A stretch of 64,000 nucleotides of DNA from Candidatus Poribacteria bacterium (GCA_965222225.1 CBDCTK010000002.1:4736001-4800000), one strand, 5' to 3'; shown: positions 41,837 to 52,772, counted from the first letter of the stretch. Numbers and translations are program-made. The notes: generated by a model not told the origin, from the sequence alone.

Positions 41837-42568
41837 TTAGATTACTTTTCTTTTATGCCACATTCGATCGAAGTTGTCTTTCGGCACAAAACCAAGAATC
41901 CGTTTTGCTTTCTCATTGGAGAATTTTTGGTGCGGCAAATCGGCAAAGATATTGAAGGTTTCGCAGCGTGACGGAAGTGCCGAGAGGTCAATCTCCAGTC
42001 CAAGTCGCAATGCTTCTGCAGCGTCTCGCCAACTGACGCTGAACGGGTTAAGATCGGTCCCCTCGCTGTCATCATTGTGTTCACGGAAACTGAGAAAAAG
42101 ATAACACAGAAGATAGATGTTGTAGTTTTCCGTGAACACCTTACAAATCTCTTGCCCAAGCCCCTTTGTTAGAGCGTACAGCAGTGTGCCGGGATGTGAC
42201 GGAACCTCCGGACTTAACTCAAAGTCATAGTCGGTATAGGAATCTCCTGCGACGGTCCAGTGCGGCCCGGTGTTGATTACCCTTCGAATGCCGTGTTCCG
42301 CTGCGGCGCGCATCATGTTATAACACCCGCGCGTGCTCACATCGAAGGCGAGTTGCCTATCATCCCGAAGAACGGAACAATTGATGATTGCGTCCATGTT
42401 TTCTGCGGCTCGCATGACTTCATCCGGACAAGAGACATCAACCCGTATGGACTCATGTTTTGTTTGAATGGGTCTGATGTCCGTGAGTCGCAGCTCGTAG
42501 TGCGATTCCAGCGCTTTTACTACATGAGGGCCCAAATAGCCATCTGCTCCTAGTATTAAAACCTTCAT
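41837..42568 (-). CDS. NAD-dependent epimerase/dehydratase (uronate dehydrogenase-like)
   Basis: ILGADGYLG, YALTK, KAKRILGFVP. Confidence 0.85.
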   Translation of the reverse strand: MKVLILGADGYLGPHVVKALESHYELRLTDIRPIQTKHESIRVDVSCPDEVMRAAENMDAIINCSVLRDDRQLAFDVSTRGCYNMMRAAAEHGIRRVINTGPHWTVAGDSYTDYDFELSPEVPSHPGTLLYALTKGLGQEICKVFTENYNIYLLCYLFLSFREHNDDSEGTDLNPFSVSWRDAAEALRLGLEIDLSALPSRCETFNIFADLPHQKFSNEKAKRILGFVPKDNFDRMWHKRKVI

Positions 42569-43004
42569 CTGTTGCCTCCGAACTAACGGCAAGATTACAT
42601 CCCAATATCACGAATTATGCAGTCGCTTAGCAATACAGTATAATGTCATTTTACGCACTATCGCCATTGAAAGCAAGAAAAATCCGATTTAGAACACGTC
42701 TCGCAACTGTAGACATCCGGGATTGAGTTTGCAAAAGTACACCTGTTTTCGTCCTTGAACAGGGGCTTGACAGTTTACATCTGCACATATTTCGTGGTAT
42801 ACTAATACCTATAATGAATGCATTCCATTTTCCGATAATTTGCTTTCGTCTGCCAAAGCGATATATGCGCTAGACTGTGGTTCGTTGGTTTTACGGTTAT
42901 TCGTCAAAACGGATAGACATGCCGTCCCGAGACGGTTTATTCCAATCCCAGTCAATCATTCTAATCGTAGTATTTTGCGGTTGACACGAAAGAGGTAACT
43001 AGCC

Positions 43005-44027
43005 ATGCAACGCTTGAACGCTACCCCGATCTTTCTTCCAATCCTGACGTTGCTCTTGGTCGTCGCCATAGCATACTCGGTGAACGCCGAATCATATACT
43101 TCCTCCATCTGGTCAATCCAATTTAGTCCTGATGGAAGCCAACTTGCCGTTGGGCGCTACCAATGGGTACAACTGTGGGACCTTGGTTCACGCAAAGTGA
43201 TCCAAGATTTGGAACCACACTCTGATGCTGTGAGATGTCTGAAGTTTGCGGATGATGGCAACACTCTGTTCGCTGGCGGAGGTCTGCCGGCACAGAACGG
43301 CGAACTCCATGTCTGGGAGATTGAGTCCGGCGAACAAATTCAAGTCGTAGATTGCCATGCGGACACGATTGAAGCCGTCGCCGTGAGTGCCGATGGTTCC
43401 AGAGTTCTCACTGCGAGCATGGATGAACATGTTTCTGTGATCGCGCTTGACAGTGGTGACATTGAGCGAACCCTTACTCAACATATTGACCGCGTGTTCG
43501 GGATTGATTTCCGCACAGACGGTAAATATTTTGTCACGGGTGGAAAAGACAAAACAGTGAAGATTTGGAATGCTCAGACCTATGAAGTGCTAGTGAACTT
43601 CGACCAAAATGACGCTGCGGTCTATTCTGTCGCGTTTGCTCCCGAAGACAATATGATTGTCTCCGGATCTGCCGACACAGTTCTCCGTTCGTGGCGCGTA
43701 ACTGAATCGGTAACCGAATCTGGAAAACTTCAGACACAGGGAGCGCTAGTTCGGGTTTATAATGGACATCAAGGGGCTGTTTACGCGATTGACTGCGGCA
43801 TGAGAGACAACCAAGTTATTGTGGTATCTGGCAGTGCGGATAAATCGGTCATTGTCTGGAATTTGCGTTCTGGCGGTCGCCTCTACACGTTTGCCCAATC
43901 GACTGACGAAATCTACACGGTTGATTTAAGCGCTGACGGCAGGTTCGTTGCTGCCGGCGGTCGCGATGGAATAGCCCGAATTTGGGATCTATCGAATGGA
44001 GAATTGGTTGCGGCATTGACCGAATAA
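43005..44027 (+). CDS. Secreted WD40-repeat protein
   Basis: Signal peptide; repeats such as GGKDKTVKIWN, GSADKSVIVWN, GGRDGIARIWD. Confidence 0.92.
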   Translation: MQRLNATPIFLPILTLLLVVAIAYSVNAESYTSSIWSIQFSPDGSQLAVGRYQWVQLWDLGSRKVIQDLEPHSDAVRCLKFADDGNTLFAGGGLPAQNGELHVWEIESGEQIQVVDCHADTIEAVAVSADGSRVLTASMDEHVSVIALDSGDIERTLTQHIDRVFGIDFRTDGKYFVTGGKDKTVKIWNAQTYEVLVNFDQNDAAVYSVAFAPEDNMIVSGSADTVLRSWRVTESVTESGKLQTQGALVRVYNGHQGAVYAIDCGMRDNQVIVVSGSADKSVIVWNLRSGGRLYTFAQSTDEIYTVDLSADGRFVAAGGRDGIARIWDLSNGELVAALTE

Positions 44028-44148
44028 CGGATGTATGCACAGCAACTCGACGCGCATGAAGCGAAGGATTTTGAATGTTCAGAGGCAAGAGGATGTTTCG
44101 CAATCCGATTGCGGGAAATTAGATATTGGCACAAGGATTACACATTAA

Positions 44149-44411
44149 GGGCCTGTTTGAAAAGTACAGTTTGTAGGGTGCGATCAAAGGAATGAATAAT
44201 GACTGCGATAGAGATCCCCTACGATCAAGCGAATGAATAATGAGCGCGATAGAAATCCTACCAGCCTCTAAAAGCCCCAGCGGGGATCAAGCGAGTGAAT
44301 AACGAGTGCGATAGGGATCCCACAGGTATGTAGCAGCCAACAATGAAAACATGAAAAAACTTTCTACAAATGACCAAAAATGGCTTTACCACCGATTATT
44401 CAAGCAGGCTC
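44149..44411. mobile_element. Complete 263-bp IS5-type MITE
   Basis: TAA|GGGCCTGTTTGAAAA...TTCAAGCAGGCTC|TAA. TIRs match the IS at 7866-8752; carries three 35-nt units. Confidence 0.88.
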
Positions 44412-44466
44412 TAAGTGACAGAGCAGGAAAAATGAACCGCCCAAACAGATTAGAGGAGATTGTACA

Positions 44467-47415
44467 ATGAAAAAAACGTCAACACTGTACGTCGTGTTTC
44501 TGGCATGTGTAGGTTGTCTCTTCTTCGCTCAGAGTCGTTCCTCATTCGCGCAGGGTGCGCCTCGCATCAACGCCCTATTCCCGGCTGGCGGGCAAGTCGG
44601 GACAACTGTGGACGTTTCCGTTCAAGGTGCGGATCTTAAGGATGCGCATTCCTTAATAATCGAGGGCGAGAAAGGTATAACCGGCGAGCTATTTGATTCG
44701 AGCGGAGAAGTCGATACAACCCATGAGGAGTTGTTTGAGGCCGCTTGCACCCAGTGCCACGAATTACGTTCCCCGAGCAACAGATCTATGGCAGCCGCTC
44801 AATGGGAAGCGACCGTGGATCGGATGATTAGCGAAAAAGACGCACCCATCTCGGCTGAGGACAGAGACAAGATTGTCTCCTATCTTAAATCCGCGGTTGC
44901 GGCAAGTGGCGGTTTGACCCTTCGCTTGTCAATCCCGCCTGATACCCGGCCCGGGGTCCGCGAAATACGCATTGTTGGCAGATTTGGTGCCTCTACCGCT
45001 TGGCCCTTTGAAATCAGCGAGCAAGTCGAGGAGATTGAGCTGGAGCCCAACAGCAGCATTGACGATGCGGTTCCAGTGATGACTCCGGTTGTTATAAATG
45101 GTCTAATCAATTCCGGCGCAGATGCGGACTATTTCCAATTCGACGGATATGAAGGCGATCGATTTGTCTTTGAGGTCAAAGCCTTCCGACTCAATAATGC
45201 AAGCCAGCAGTTTTTTCACCCGGTCATTACGCTGTTTGATGCAGACGGAGAAGAACTAGCCCGAAATACCGGTTTCTACAGCTTAGATCCGCTCATCGAC
45301 TACACTATCCAGACCGATGGCACGTATTATCTCGGCATTCGAGATTTGCTCTACGGCAATAATCCGTCGTCGGTATACCGTCTCTCAATGGGCACCATTC
45401 CTTATAACACCTATATCTTTCCACCTGCCGGCAAAATTGGAACAACGGTCAATGCCGTACTAGGCGGCGAGAACCTTCCTGAGATCTCTGCGACGGATTC
45501 GAGCGCTTCACTTGATATGCCGATTGACTTAACCGCCGATCGAGAGCCCGGTTTAGAGGAGATACGCACGCCTTACGGGAATTTTCCCTTTATCTCAAGC
45601 CTCGCGCCGGAGACCGTAGAGGTCGCAATGAGTGAGCCAATCAATACCTCACCGGAACCGGTCGAGACATCCGATATAGAGGAGCGAAGAATGTTCGAAA
45701 CCAGGTGCAGTCAATGCCATGAGTTGCGCTCGCCGGGCAATCGGGCCCTCACTGCGGAGGAGTGGCGGACGACCATAATGCGCATGGTAGCCAAAGACAA
45801 TGCCAACATTTCGGTGGAAGAGACAGAGCAGATTATCGCCTTTGTGCAGGCAGAAGCACGGCGTTTGGCGGCAATTATGGCTAAGCAAATCCACAGCGCA
45901 CAGGAGATTTCTGTATCTGGGGGAGTCAGTGGCCGTATCTCGGAGGCAGGCGATGTCGACTACTACAAGTTTGATGTCCGTGAAGGACAGACGCTTGGAC
46001 CGTGGTGGATCATCCAACCGTTTGACAATTTCAACGAAACCGGGTTTGATGTCATATATCCGCCGGAGGTTGAAATCGACCTTGAAAAGGAATACGTTGG
46101 CAAAGGTGGACGAACGATTGGATGGTATCAATCGACCGGTACGGGAAACAATGTGTTTTCGAATGTTCCGGAAGATGATGTCGTCGGTTATGCACTGACC
46201 TATTTTGAATCGGACCGCGATTGCACCGAAATTCTATCTCTCGGATCCGACGACGGCATCAAAGTCTGGGTGAACGACAAGCTGATATGGAGTCATCATG
46301 TTCATCGTGCACTACGTTCTGCCGATGACGTGATTGCCTTGCCTCTATCCAAGGGACGCAACAAGATCCTAATCAAGATTGAGAACGGTTTTGGGCCTTG
46401 GGGGTTCTTAGCGTCAATTGGTGGATACTCAATGGATCTTTCCGCGGAACGGCTCGGCTCTCCATTAAGCCCGTCCCTGACGTTGCTGAACTCAAGAGGA
46501 GAGGTTCTTGCGAACAACGCCGGCATCGCCGGAGGACGCGATGCGCGCATTGACTTTAGTTTCCCCGAACCGGATGTTTACATGCTTCGAGTTGAGGACA
46601 TCACTGGCGCCGGAGGAGATGGTTACATCTATCATCTCAGCGTGGTTCCGACACGTCCCGATTTTAACATCTCGATGACGCCGGATAATCCAAACATCGG
46701 CAGAGGCGGAACGGTTGTCCTGACTGTGACCGCGGATCGTCGAGTTGGATTTAGTGGTGAAATTATGCTCGAAGTGGAGAACCTGCCTCCGGGAGTAACA
46801 GCGAGTGTCGGTGCAATTTTGAAAGAGATGGGAGAGGGTATCATCACGTTGACTGCCGCGCCTGACGCACCGTTGGAACACCGTGTGGTGCAGGTCGTGG
46901 GAAGTGTCATACCGTTAGCGGGCGAGTTGGTTAAGCGCGCGGCGAATCCTATCGAATTCTATCGGCTTAACAACCAACTGTTGCCCGTACAGCGCTCAAG
47001 CGTGGTGGTTAGCGTCACCGAGCCGCCCATCGTCACTCTTTCTATCTCGCCCGATAATCTAACCATTGCGCCTGAAACACCGGTGCCGTTAAAAGTCGTC
47101 GCACAGCGCAAGCCCGGATCACAGCAGATTCTTACACTTGCCCTTCTCGGCTTGCCGCCGGGCATCCGAACACAACAGTTGAACACCATCCTTGGAGGCG
47201 ATCAGACGGAAGCCACAATTGTACTCGAACCGATTATTGTTGGTGTCGGGGTTACGGCGAGGCAGAACCCGTTTGTCGGTCGCGAACTCGCGACCCTTCC
47301 CTACGACGTGGTTGTGACCGCTTCCGTTGGCCAACAGATTGTTGCCAGTAGCCCTCCCGCGAAACTGTTCATCGGCGTTAACAGTTCCGGCGCTGCGCAG
47401 ATAAGCGCAGACTGA
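44467..47415 (+). CDS. Secreted PPC-domain protein with two c-type haem (CxxCH) modules and a PA14-like insert
   Basis: FPAGGQVG, ELEPN, DADYF, DVDYY (PPC); CTQCH and CSQCH each followed by W..T..RM; GSDDGIKVWVN. Confidence 0.82.
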   Translation: MKKTSTLYVVFLACVGCLFFAQSRSSFAQGAPRINALFPAGGQVGTTVDVSVQGADLKDAHSLIIEGEKGITGELFDSSGEVDTTHEELFEAACTQCHELRSPSNRSMAAAQWEATVDRMISEKDAPISAEDRDKIVSYLKSAVAASGGLTLRLSIPPDTRPGVREIRIVGRFGASTAWPFEISEQVEEIELEPNSSIDDAVPVMTPVVINGLINSGADADYFQFDGYEGDRFVFEVKAFRLNNASQQFFHPVITLFDADGEELARNTGFYSLDPLIDYTIQTDGTYYLGIRDLLYGNNPSSVYRLSMGTIPYNTYIFPPAGKIGTTVNAVLGGENLPEISATDSSASLDMPIDLTADREPGLEEIRTPYGNFPFISSLAPETVEVAMSEPINTSPEPVETSDIEERRMFETRCSQCHELRSPGNRALTAEEWRTTIMRMVAKDNANISVEETEQIIAFVQAEARRLAAIMAKQIHSAQEISVSGGVSGRISEAGDVDYYKFDVREGQTLGPWWIIQPFDNFNETGFDVIYPPEVEIDLEKEYVGKGGRTIGWYQSTGTGNNVFSNVPEDDVVGYALTYFESDRDCTEILSLGSDDGIKVWVNDKLIWSHHVHRALRSADDVIALPLSKGRNKILIKIENGFGPWGFLASIGGYSMDLSAERLGSPLSPSLTLLNSRGEVLANNAGIAGGRDARIDFSFPEPDVYMLRVEDITGAGGDGYIYHLSVVPTRPDFNISMTPDNPNIGRGGTVVLTVTADRRVGFSGEIMLEVENLPPGVTASVGAILKEMGEGIITLTAAPDAPLEHRVVQVVGSVIPLAGELVKRAANPIEFYRLNNQLLPVQRSSVVVSVTEPPIVTLSISPDNLTIAPETPVPLKVVAQRKPGSQQILTLALLGLPPGIRTQQLNTILGGDQTEATIVLEPIIVGVGVTARQNPFVGRELATLPYDVVVTASVGQQIVASSPPAKLFIGVNSSGAAQISAD

Positions 47416-47488
47416 TTTTTGGCACACACAACTACGATACCCGTGTGCACGATTCTGTGCACTCGTAGAAATCAACTAACCGAATTCG

Positions 47489-47510
47489 GTAGGAGCGATC
47501 TCCTGATCGC
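47489..47510 (+). repeat. GTAG-type REP-like hairpin
   Basis: GTAGGA-GCGATC-TCCT-GATCGC. Confidence 0.65.
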
Positions 47511-47666
47511 GACCTCATGTTGCAACCGGGGGACAATCTCAACCAATCAATTGAGCGGATAGCAAGGACGATAGAACCTCCACTATCGTCAACCACACCG
47601 CCCCCATTCTTGCTTTCGTTTTCTTTCGCATGACGAACCATGCATTAGTCTTGGGAGACAGCTTAA

Positions 47667-48797
47667 ATGAGCACCGATAGCGCAGCGCACGATCAGAGTG
47701 CCGCTTACATCCGTGATGGCGAGCGTATGGCGTACCAGCTTGGTAATCGCGGTCCACTAAAATTCAATCCCGATGGCACAGCAGACAGAGCAATCTTGGA
47801 TGCTTACTGGCATTTCGGCTTCTATGTGTTTCAGGGCGCCGTAAAGGCTGACGAACTGGTGGAGTTGCAGACAGAGTTGGAGCATGCCTTTGAGCGTGCC
47901 CCGTACACCAAGGATGCCCTTTTAGACTCCCGGGGACGGTCTGCCATTGGAACCGAATCTGAGCGGTCGAGTTTTCGTTTCTCGAAGCCGCTGAGCGATC
48001 CCGATGGAGGCATGGGGCGTCACCCCGCCAAAATGCTGGTACCCGAACCGCCGCCTGACGCGCCCGATTACGTAATTTCCGGAATCTCCGGTCCTATACA
48101 GCTTCTGGACTCCTGCTTTAGGCTCTACGGCCACCCCCATCTGCTGTCCATCACCGAGCAGATAAATGGCTCCGACTTCACCCCGTTCTCCGAGTCGATG
48201 ATCGTAAAGCCGGCGGGCTTGGGGCCATCGGTGGCATGGCATCAGGACGGCACCACGCACTGGGATAAAGATGATTTGGACGAAGGCACTCACGGATTTA
48301 ATTTCATGTTTCAGTATTACGGAAGTACCGCGGCTAACGGTGTCTGGGTGCTTCCGGGATCACACAAACTGGGCAAACTCGACATAATCCAAATGATAGC
48401 CGACAATAATGGATCGGATCGCCTGCTCGGGGCGGTGCCCATGGTCTGCGATCCTGGCGACATCGTCATTTCCAACCGCCAACTGTTGCACGCATCCTTC
48501 CCAAATGACTCGCCCGACAAGCGAGTGACGTTCAACTTCGGTTTTCACCGCCGATCTTCGATACTAAATGTCCGGCGTAAAAGGCAAGACAAGCCCGACC
48601 TCGTCTACGACGAAGAGCTCGTCATTCAAAGATCACGTATGATTGCCCTTGCGATAGATGCCCGGCAGCAACGATTCCCGAATGAACCTCGGTACGTTTA
48701 CAAGCCATTGGCTGGACAAGAAGACTCCAATCGGTGGAGCGAGGAGACGCGGGAAAGCATCCTGAACAACCGCAGTCTCATTAACTTGAGTATTTAA
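47667..48797 (+). CDS. PhyH-family dioxygenase (long form)
   Basis: WHQDGTTH, NGVWVLPGSH, LHASFPN. Confidence 0.9.
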   Translation: MSTDSAAHDQSAAYIRDGERMAYQLGNRGPLKFNPDGTADRAILDAYWHFGFYVFQGAVKADELVELQTELEHAFERAPYTKDALLDSRGRSAIGTESERSSFRFSKPLSDPDGGMGRHPAKMLVPEPPPDAPDYVISGISGPIQLLDSCFRLYGHPHLLSITEQINGSDFTPFSESMIVKPAGLGPSVAWHQDGTTHWDKDDLDEGTHGFNFMFQYYGSTAANGVWVLPGSHKLGKLDIIQMIADNNGSDRLLGAVPMVCDPGDIVISNRQLLHASFPNDSPDKRVTFNFGFHRRSSILNVRRKRQDKPDLVYDEELVIQRSRMIALAIDARQQRFPNEPRYVYKPLAGQEDSNRWSEETRESILNNRSLINLSI

Positions 48798-48815
48798 GCT
48801 CGACTTTGTACATTT

Positions 48816-48958
48816 GTAGGGTGGGCACTGCCCACCAGCCTTTGAAAGCCTTTTCCCCGTGAAATATGTCCTGTAGGAGCGAGCTCCAGCTCTCGATAAC
48901 AACCCGCTCTCCGCAAATGACCAAAAAATGGCTTTGCCGCCTATTTCAAACAAATCCT
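48816..48958. repeat. Cluster of GTAG REP-like hairpins plus an IS5-MITE end remnant
   Basis: GTAGGGTGGGCACTGCCCACC (48816-48836); GTAGGAGCGAGCTCCAGCTCTCG (from 48873); CAAATGACCAAAAAATGGCTTT...TTCAAACA (48914-48952) resembles the MITE terminus. Confidence 0.65.
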
Positions 48959-49033
48959 ACGGAACTACACAATATATCGAAAGGGTTGAGCGCTCCGGGG
49001 TTAGTGAACGATATGCCGTTGAAACAGGAAACA

Positions 49034-51382
49034 TCACTCTGACTTCCGATTGATTTGAGCAATCCCGTCTGTCATAACCGCTCTGATTTGGTCGTTACTC
49101 AGTGCCTCACTAAAGATTGCAACCTCGTCAATAACACCGTTAAAAAATTCTCCCGGTGAATCCTTACTGCGCGTGCCAATCACACAATAGGGGGCGCCGG
49201 AATACTTGATTTCTCCATTAAACACGTAGGCAAAAACCACTTCGCCGTCAATATAACCTCTTCTCATGCCGCCGTCATACGTGATTGTCATGTGATGCCA
49301 CTGGTGCAGTCGCAGTGCGCCTGAAAGAAACTCCTTATTCTCGGCGTTGATGGCTATCCAAAAAACGGGTTCGCCCTGCACTGCGCCCAATCCCAAGCTC
49401 CTCCATGGAGGAGCCCAACGCGGCGAATCATCAAAAGGAAGCGTGACCGCCGACAAACCGCTATCCTTATCGGTGTGCACCTTTATCCATGCCATCATCG
49501 TCCCTTTCGGAATTCGCAACACCTGGGCGTTTCCGCAGTCCACATAATCATCTACGCCGTCAAACTGCAATGCGGCGCCGAACCTGCCTTCAACCCATTT
49601 AGGATTTCCCACCAGTGCCCCATCGCTATTATTGCGCGAGGAATCTTTGGCTATATTTCCTTCTCCCTCATCGAAACCCCATATTCCTACGACAGTTCGC
49701 GGATTGATCTTGTCCTCTCTTGGTGTTGTAGGCGTCATCCGATACAGTACGTAGTTCTGGAGGCTTTCCCGCACAACTGAAGGTTCAAACACTTTCACCT
49801 CCGTGAGCGAGTGTCTTGCCTGAAGCTCCTTGGGGAATATCCGTCCCGAAACGACCAAGATATCCTCTCTCCGCTCACTACTCAATCTCTGAATCTCCTG
49901 AAGAACCTCCTCGGTAGATAATCCCCTTCCTCTCGCCCATGCCTCGTCCCACGGAATGAAAGATCCGAATCGTTTTGTCCGTGGATAGTAAAAGTTGTCC
50001 TTCTCTAAATATCCAAGGATTTCCAGTGTCACGTCATCTGGCGGTTCTGCCGCAACAATCATTTCGTCCAGATTTTCGGATTTGATGAATTGAGCAACTG
50101 CCTTACCTCCCGAAAAAGGATATTTGTAGTCCATTATCGCCGCGGCAACGCCGCCGACCAGATGAAGCACGAGGAACACGGTGAGAACTACACCAAGATA
50201 TCTAGCCAATCCCAAACTGATTCCATTTAGGCGATTAACCAAATCAAATTTCAACTTTGGAAAGTCCCGGCAATAATGGCACAGCCAGTTTGCAGCGATA
50301 AACGCCATGAAGAGAAAACCCCAATGACGTATAAATCCGAAGCGTTTTGAGTAAAACAAAGCCAAGAGACCAATAGTTCCAAACAGATACATTAGGAAAG
50401 CCATAGGTTTCCTAATGAAAAGGAACAGTGCGAAAAGGAGGATAAGTACGGCTAAGACGTATTTGACTTCATGCGCGGCAGGAAGCCTGTCTAGGAGATA
50501 GGTGTTCCAAAAACGCAGCGTGAATTCCGGTATCGGGAGGAACGCTTTGGGCAAGATATTCAGGACATTCAGAAAGTGATTCAACTCGAACTCCGTCCTC
50601 CACCCCGGAAAAATCCCTTGGCTCGGACCGGATGGCTTCAGTTGGACAATCGCCGTCACAATCCCAAACAAAATCAATCCGAAGCCGATTCCAATCTCTT
50701 TTCTGGGTGGTCGCTCAGTGTCAGTCATAATCTCCCAGCATAAGCCAATGCCAATGGATATTACGATGATCAACGCATGTACGCTGGTATGAGCCATCAG
50801 CAGAAGGATGAAGCCTAAAAGAGGTAACCTTGTTTTCCAGCTCCGAAAAAGCGCGCAGAAAACGAAAAGCAATAGCACTCCCAAGGCATAGTTTCTACAG
50901 AGAATAGCGTATTCATAGAAGGGCAGATATCCAAACACGAAAAGCGTTTTCTGCAGCCGCGTGAAAGGCGAAAATCTCAAGAAGACATACGCCGAGATGG
51001 TTGCTATAATGAGATGAAAAGGCTGCATGATGATGGGTGACTGCGTGATAAGTTTTAAAGCGTAAAGGCAGATATGCCATAAACCGGGGTGCCCGTCATA
51101 TCGATTAAGGTGGTACAGGATTTCAATTGGTGAGGCGCTGTCCCGTGCAATCAGCCATGCCTGCATTTCATCTCTCCACATTTCGTGGTGCCAGGCGATA
51201 AGGCCTCCGAGAAGCAGAAAGAGTGCCGAAACCGCCATTGCGTAGGAAGAATCGGATAATTGCGGCAGGATGTTCTCTTGATGACTTCGACTATTGACCG
51301 TATCCGGTTGTGCAGATGCCATTGTCCTGTTTCCTCTAACCGCGTCTTGTAACCTCGGCTTCATCCACTTGTAGCGCGGCAT
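49034..51382 (-). CDS. Polytopic membrane protein (GT-C glycosyltransferase-like) with C-terminal LamG domain; start may be 51322
   Basis: HEMWRDEMQAWLIA, YDGHPGLW, many TM segments; LamG FNGVIDEVAIFSEAL. Confidence 0.78.
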   Translation of the reverse strand: MPRYKWMKPRLQDAVRGNRTMASAQPDTVNSRSHQENILPQLSDSSYAMAVSALFLLLGGLIAWHHEMWRDEMQAWLIARDSASPIEILYHLNRYDGHPGLWHICLYALKLITQSPIIMQPFHLIIATISAYVFLRFSPFTRLQKTLFVFGYLPFYEYAILCRNYALGVLLLFVFCALFRSWKTRLPLLGFILLLMAHTSVHALIIVISIGIGLCWEIMTDTERPPRKEIGIGFGLILFGIVTAIVQLKPSGPSQGIFPGWRTEFELNHFLNVLNILPKAFLPIPEFTLRFWNTYLLDRLPAAHEVKYVLAVLILLFALFLFIRKPMAFLMYLFGTIGLLALFYSKRFGFIRHWGFLFMAFIAANWLCHYCRDFPKLKFDLVNRLNGISLGLARYLGVVLTVFLVLHLVGGVAAAIMDYKYPFSGGKAVAQFIKSENLDEMIVAAEPPDDVTLEILGYLEKDNFYYPRTKRFGSFIPWDEAWARGRGLSTEEVLQEIQRLSSERREDILVVSGRIFPKELQARHSLTEVKVFEPSVVRESLQNYVLYRMTPTTPREDKINPRTVVGIWGFDEGEGNIAKDSSRNNSDGALVGNPKWVEGRFGAALQFDGVDDYVDCGNAQVLRIPKGTMMAWIKVHTDKDSGLSAVTLPFDDSPRWAPPWRSLGLGAVQGEPVFWIAINAENKEFLSGALRLHQWHHMTITYDGGMRRGYIDGEVVFAYVFNGEIKYSGAPYCVIGTRSKDSPGEFFNGVIDEVAIFSEALSNDQIRAVMTDGIAQINRKSE

Positions 51383-51791
51383 TGGTAATCGTCAAATCAC
51401 TAATTTCTTGACTCACTGCGATCCGCTGAGCAAACAACGAAGGCGATAGAACTCCCATAGAGATTCCTTCAACCGCTCCGAATCGCGACAGGTCTGTCAA
51501 AACAGAGCGCTGTCGAATCCGATTTCCTCCCTATTAGCAAGAGAAAATCGTTAATCTATCCATAGGTTAATACTCTCAATGTCTCCTTGGTCTGGCAGAT
51601 AGAAAAAACGCCAGAATCATCTTGTTGCAATAGCTAACTCGACAGCCACTCCGGAGCAATCGCACCTGACGGTAGAAGATCGACCGTGCGACTGGATCAA
51701 GGCACCGAATGGGGCGCGTGAAAAAATCTCTCTGCAATTATAAAATCGCGAACTTGCCTTCTTAGATGGAATATTCTCTTGCTTGCAATAG

Positions 51792-51863
51792 AAGCCCTGG
51801 AGGGGCGATAGGTGTATAGTAGTTGATACCCCATACTACACCAGCCCCAGCGGGGGCGACAGG
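51792..51863. repeat. Pair of AGCCCC..GGGGCGACAGG REP-like repeats
   Basis: AAGCCCTGGAGGGGCGATAGG and AGCCCCAGCGGGGGCGACAGG. Confidence 0.6.
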
Positions 51864-52085
51864 CAGGTGCTTGGCTCGTGGTGCCAATCCTCAGCCATCA
51901 AATCGTTGATTTCCTTCGGTGATTAGAAAATCACCGAGAAGATCTCATCTGCGATTTGCCGATTGCAAATCCCTCTTCTCTTCCCATTGCACATCTCGTC
52001 TAGAGAGAGGTAGAGCGCTTTCCACACCCCAAAACCAGATGCGATTCCTCTGTCAGCCATCTCTAAAGGTTCCGACAAGCGCGAA

Positions 52086-52772
52086 TCATTTCTCCAATAA
52101 ATCCAGACATGACTTAAATCGACGGTCATGGTCCGCAAACTGTTTTAACCACTCAACAACTGTTTTGCCATCGCTAAGTCTAGCTTGTATATCTGCGCCA
52201 TTTTCCACAAGAAATTGAGTGGTTTCTACGTGTCCATGACCGGCTGCACAGTATAGGGGAAAGTGTCCGTGATCTGACATCGCATTCGGATCTGCACCGC
52301 AAGAGACCAGTTGTTCCACAATGTCAAGGTCACCGTTTCGAGCAGCATGGTGCAAGGCTGTATCGCCTCGGGCGTAGCGTTCTCGTGTTAGCCCTGCGTT
52401 GTCACTGAGGATGGCGTTTACCCGCGGCACATTGGCTAAGAAAACGGCATAGATAAACTGCCGTGCGAGTTCGGTTGATGGCTTGGTATGCGCATCCAAC
52501 CCGCCGTACGCAACGAGCAATGCTACGACTTCCTTGTTGTCTGGTACTTCCCCGGCATAGTGTACAACATAGCCATCATGAACTGCCAAATCGGCACCAC
52601 AATCTATCAGGTATTTGACAACATCATAATGGCGTCTTAGTCCGGCGTGAAAGATGGGACGCCAATCGTATTTGTCATCTTGATCGACTAACCTCGGGTG
52701 TTGTTCGACAATTTTCTTCACTGCATCAAGATCGCCGCTTGCTGCCGCGTCATGAATTGAACCGACTTCCAT
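52086..52772 (-). CDS. Ankyrin-repeat protein
   Basis: GDTALHHAARNG, GHFPLYCAAGHG. Confidence 0.92.
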   Translation of the reverse strand: MEVGSIHDAAASGDLDAVKKIVEQHPRLVDQDDKYDWRPIFHAGLRRHYDVVKYLIDCGADLAVHDGYVVHYAGEVPDNKEVVALLVAYGGLDAHTKPSTELARQFIYAVFLANVPRVNAILSDNAGLTRERYARGDTALHHAARNGDLDIVEQLVSCGADPNAMSDHGHFPLYCAAGHGHVETTQFLVENGADIQARLSDGKTVVEWLKQFADHDRRFKSCLDLLEK

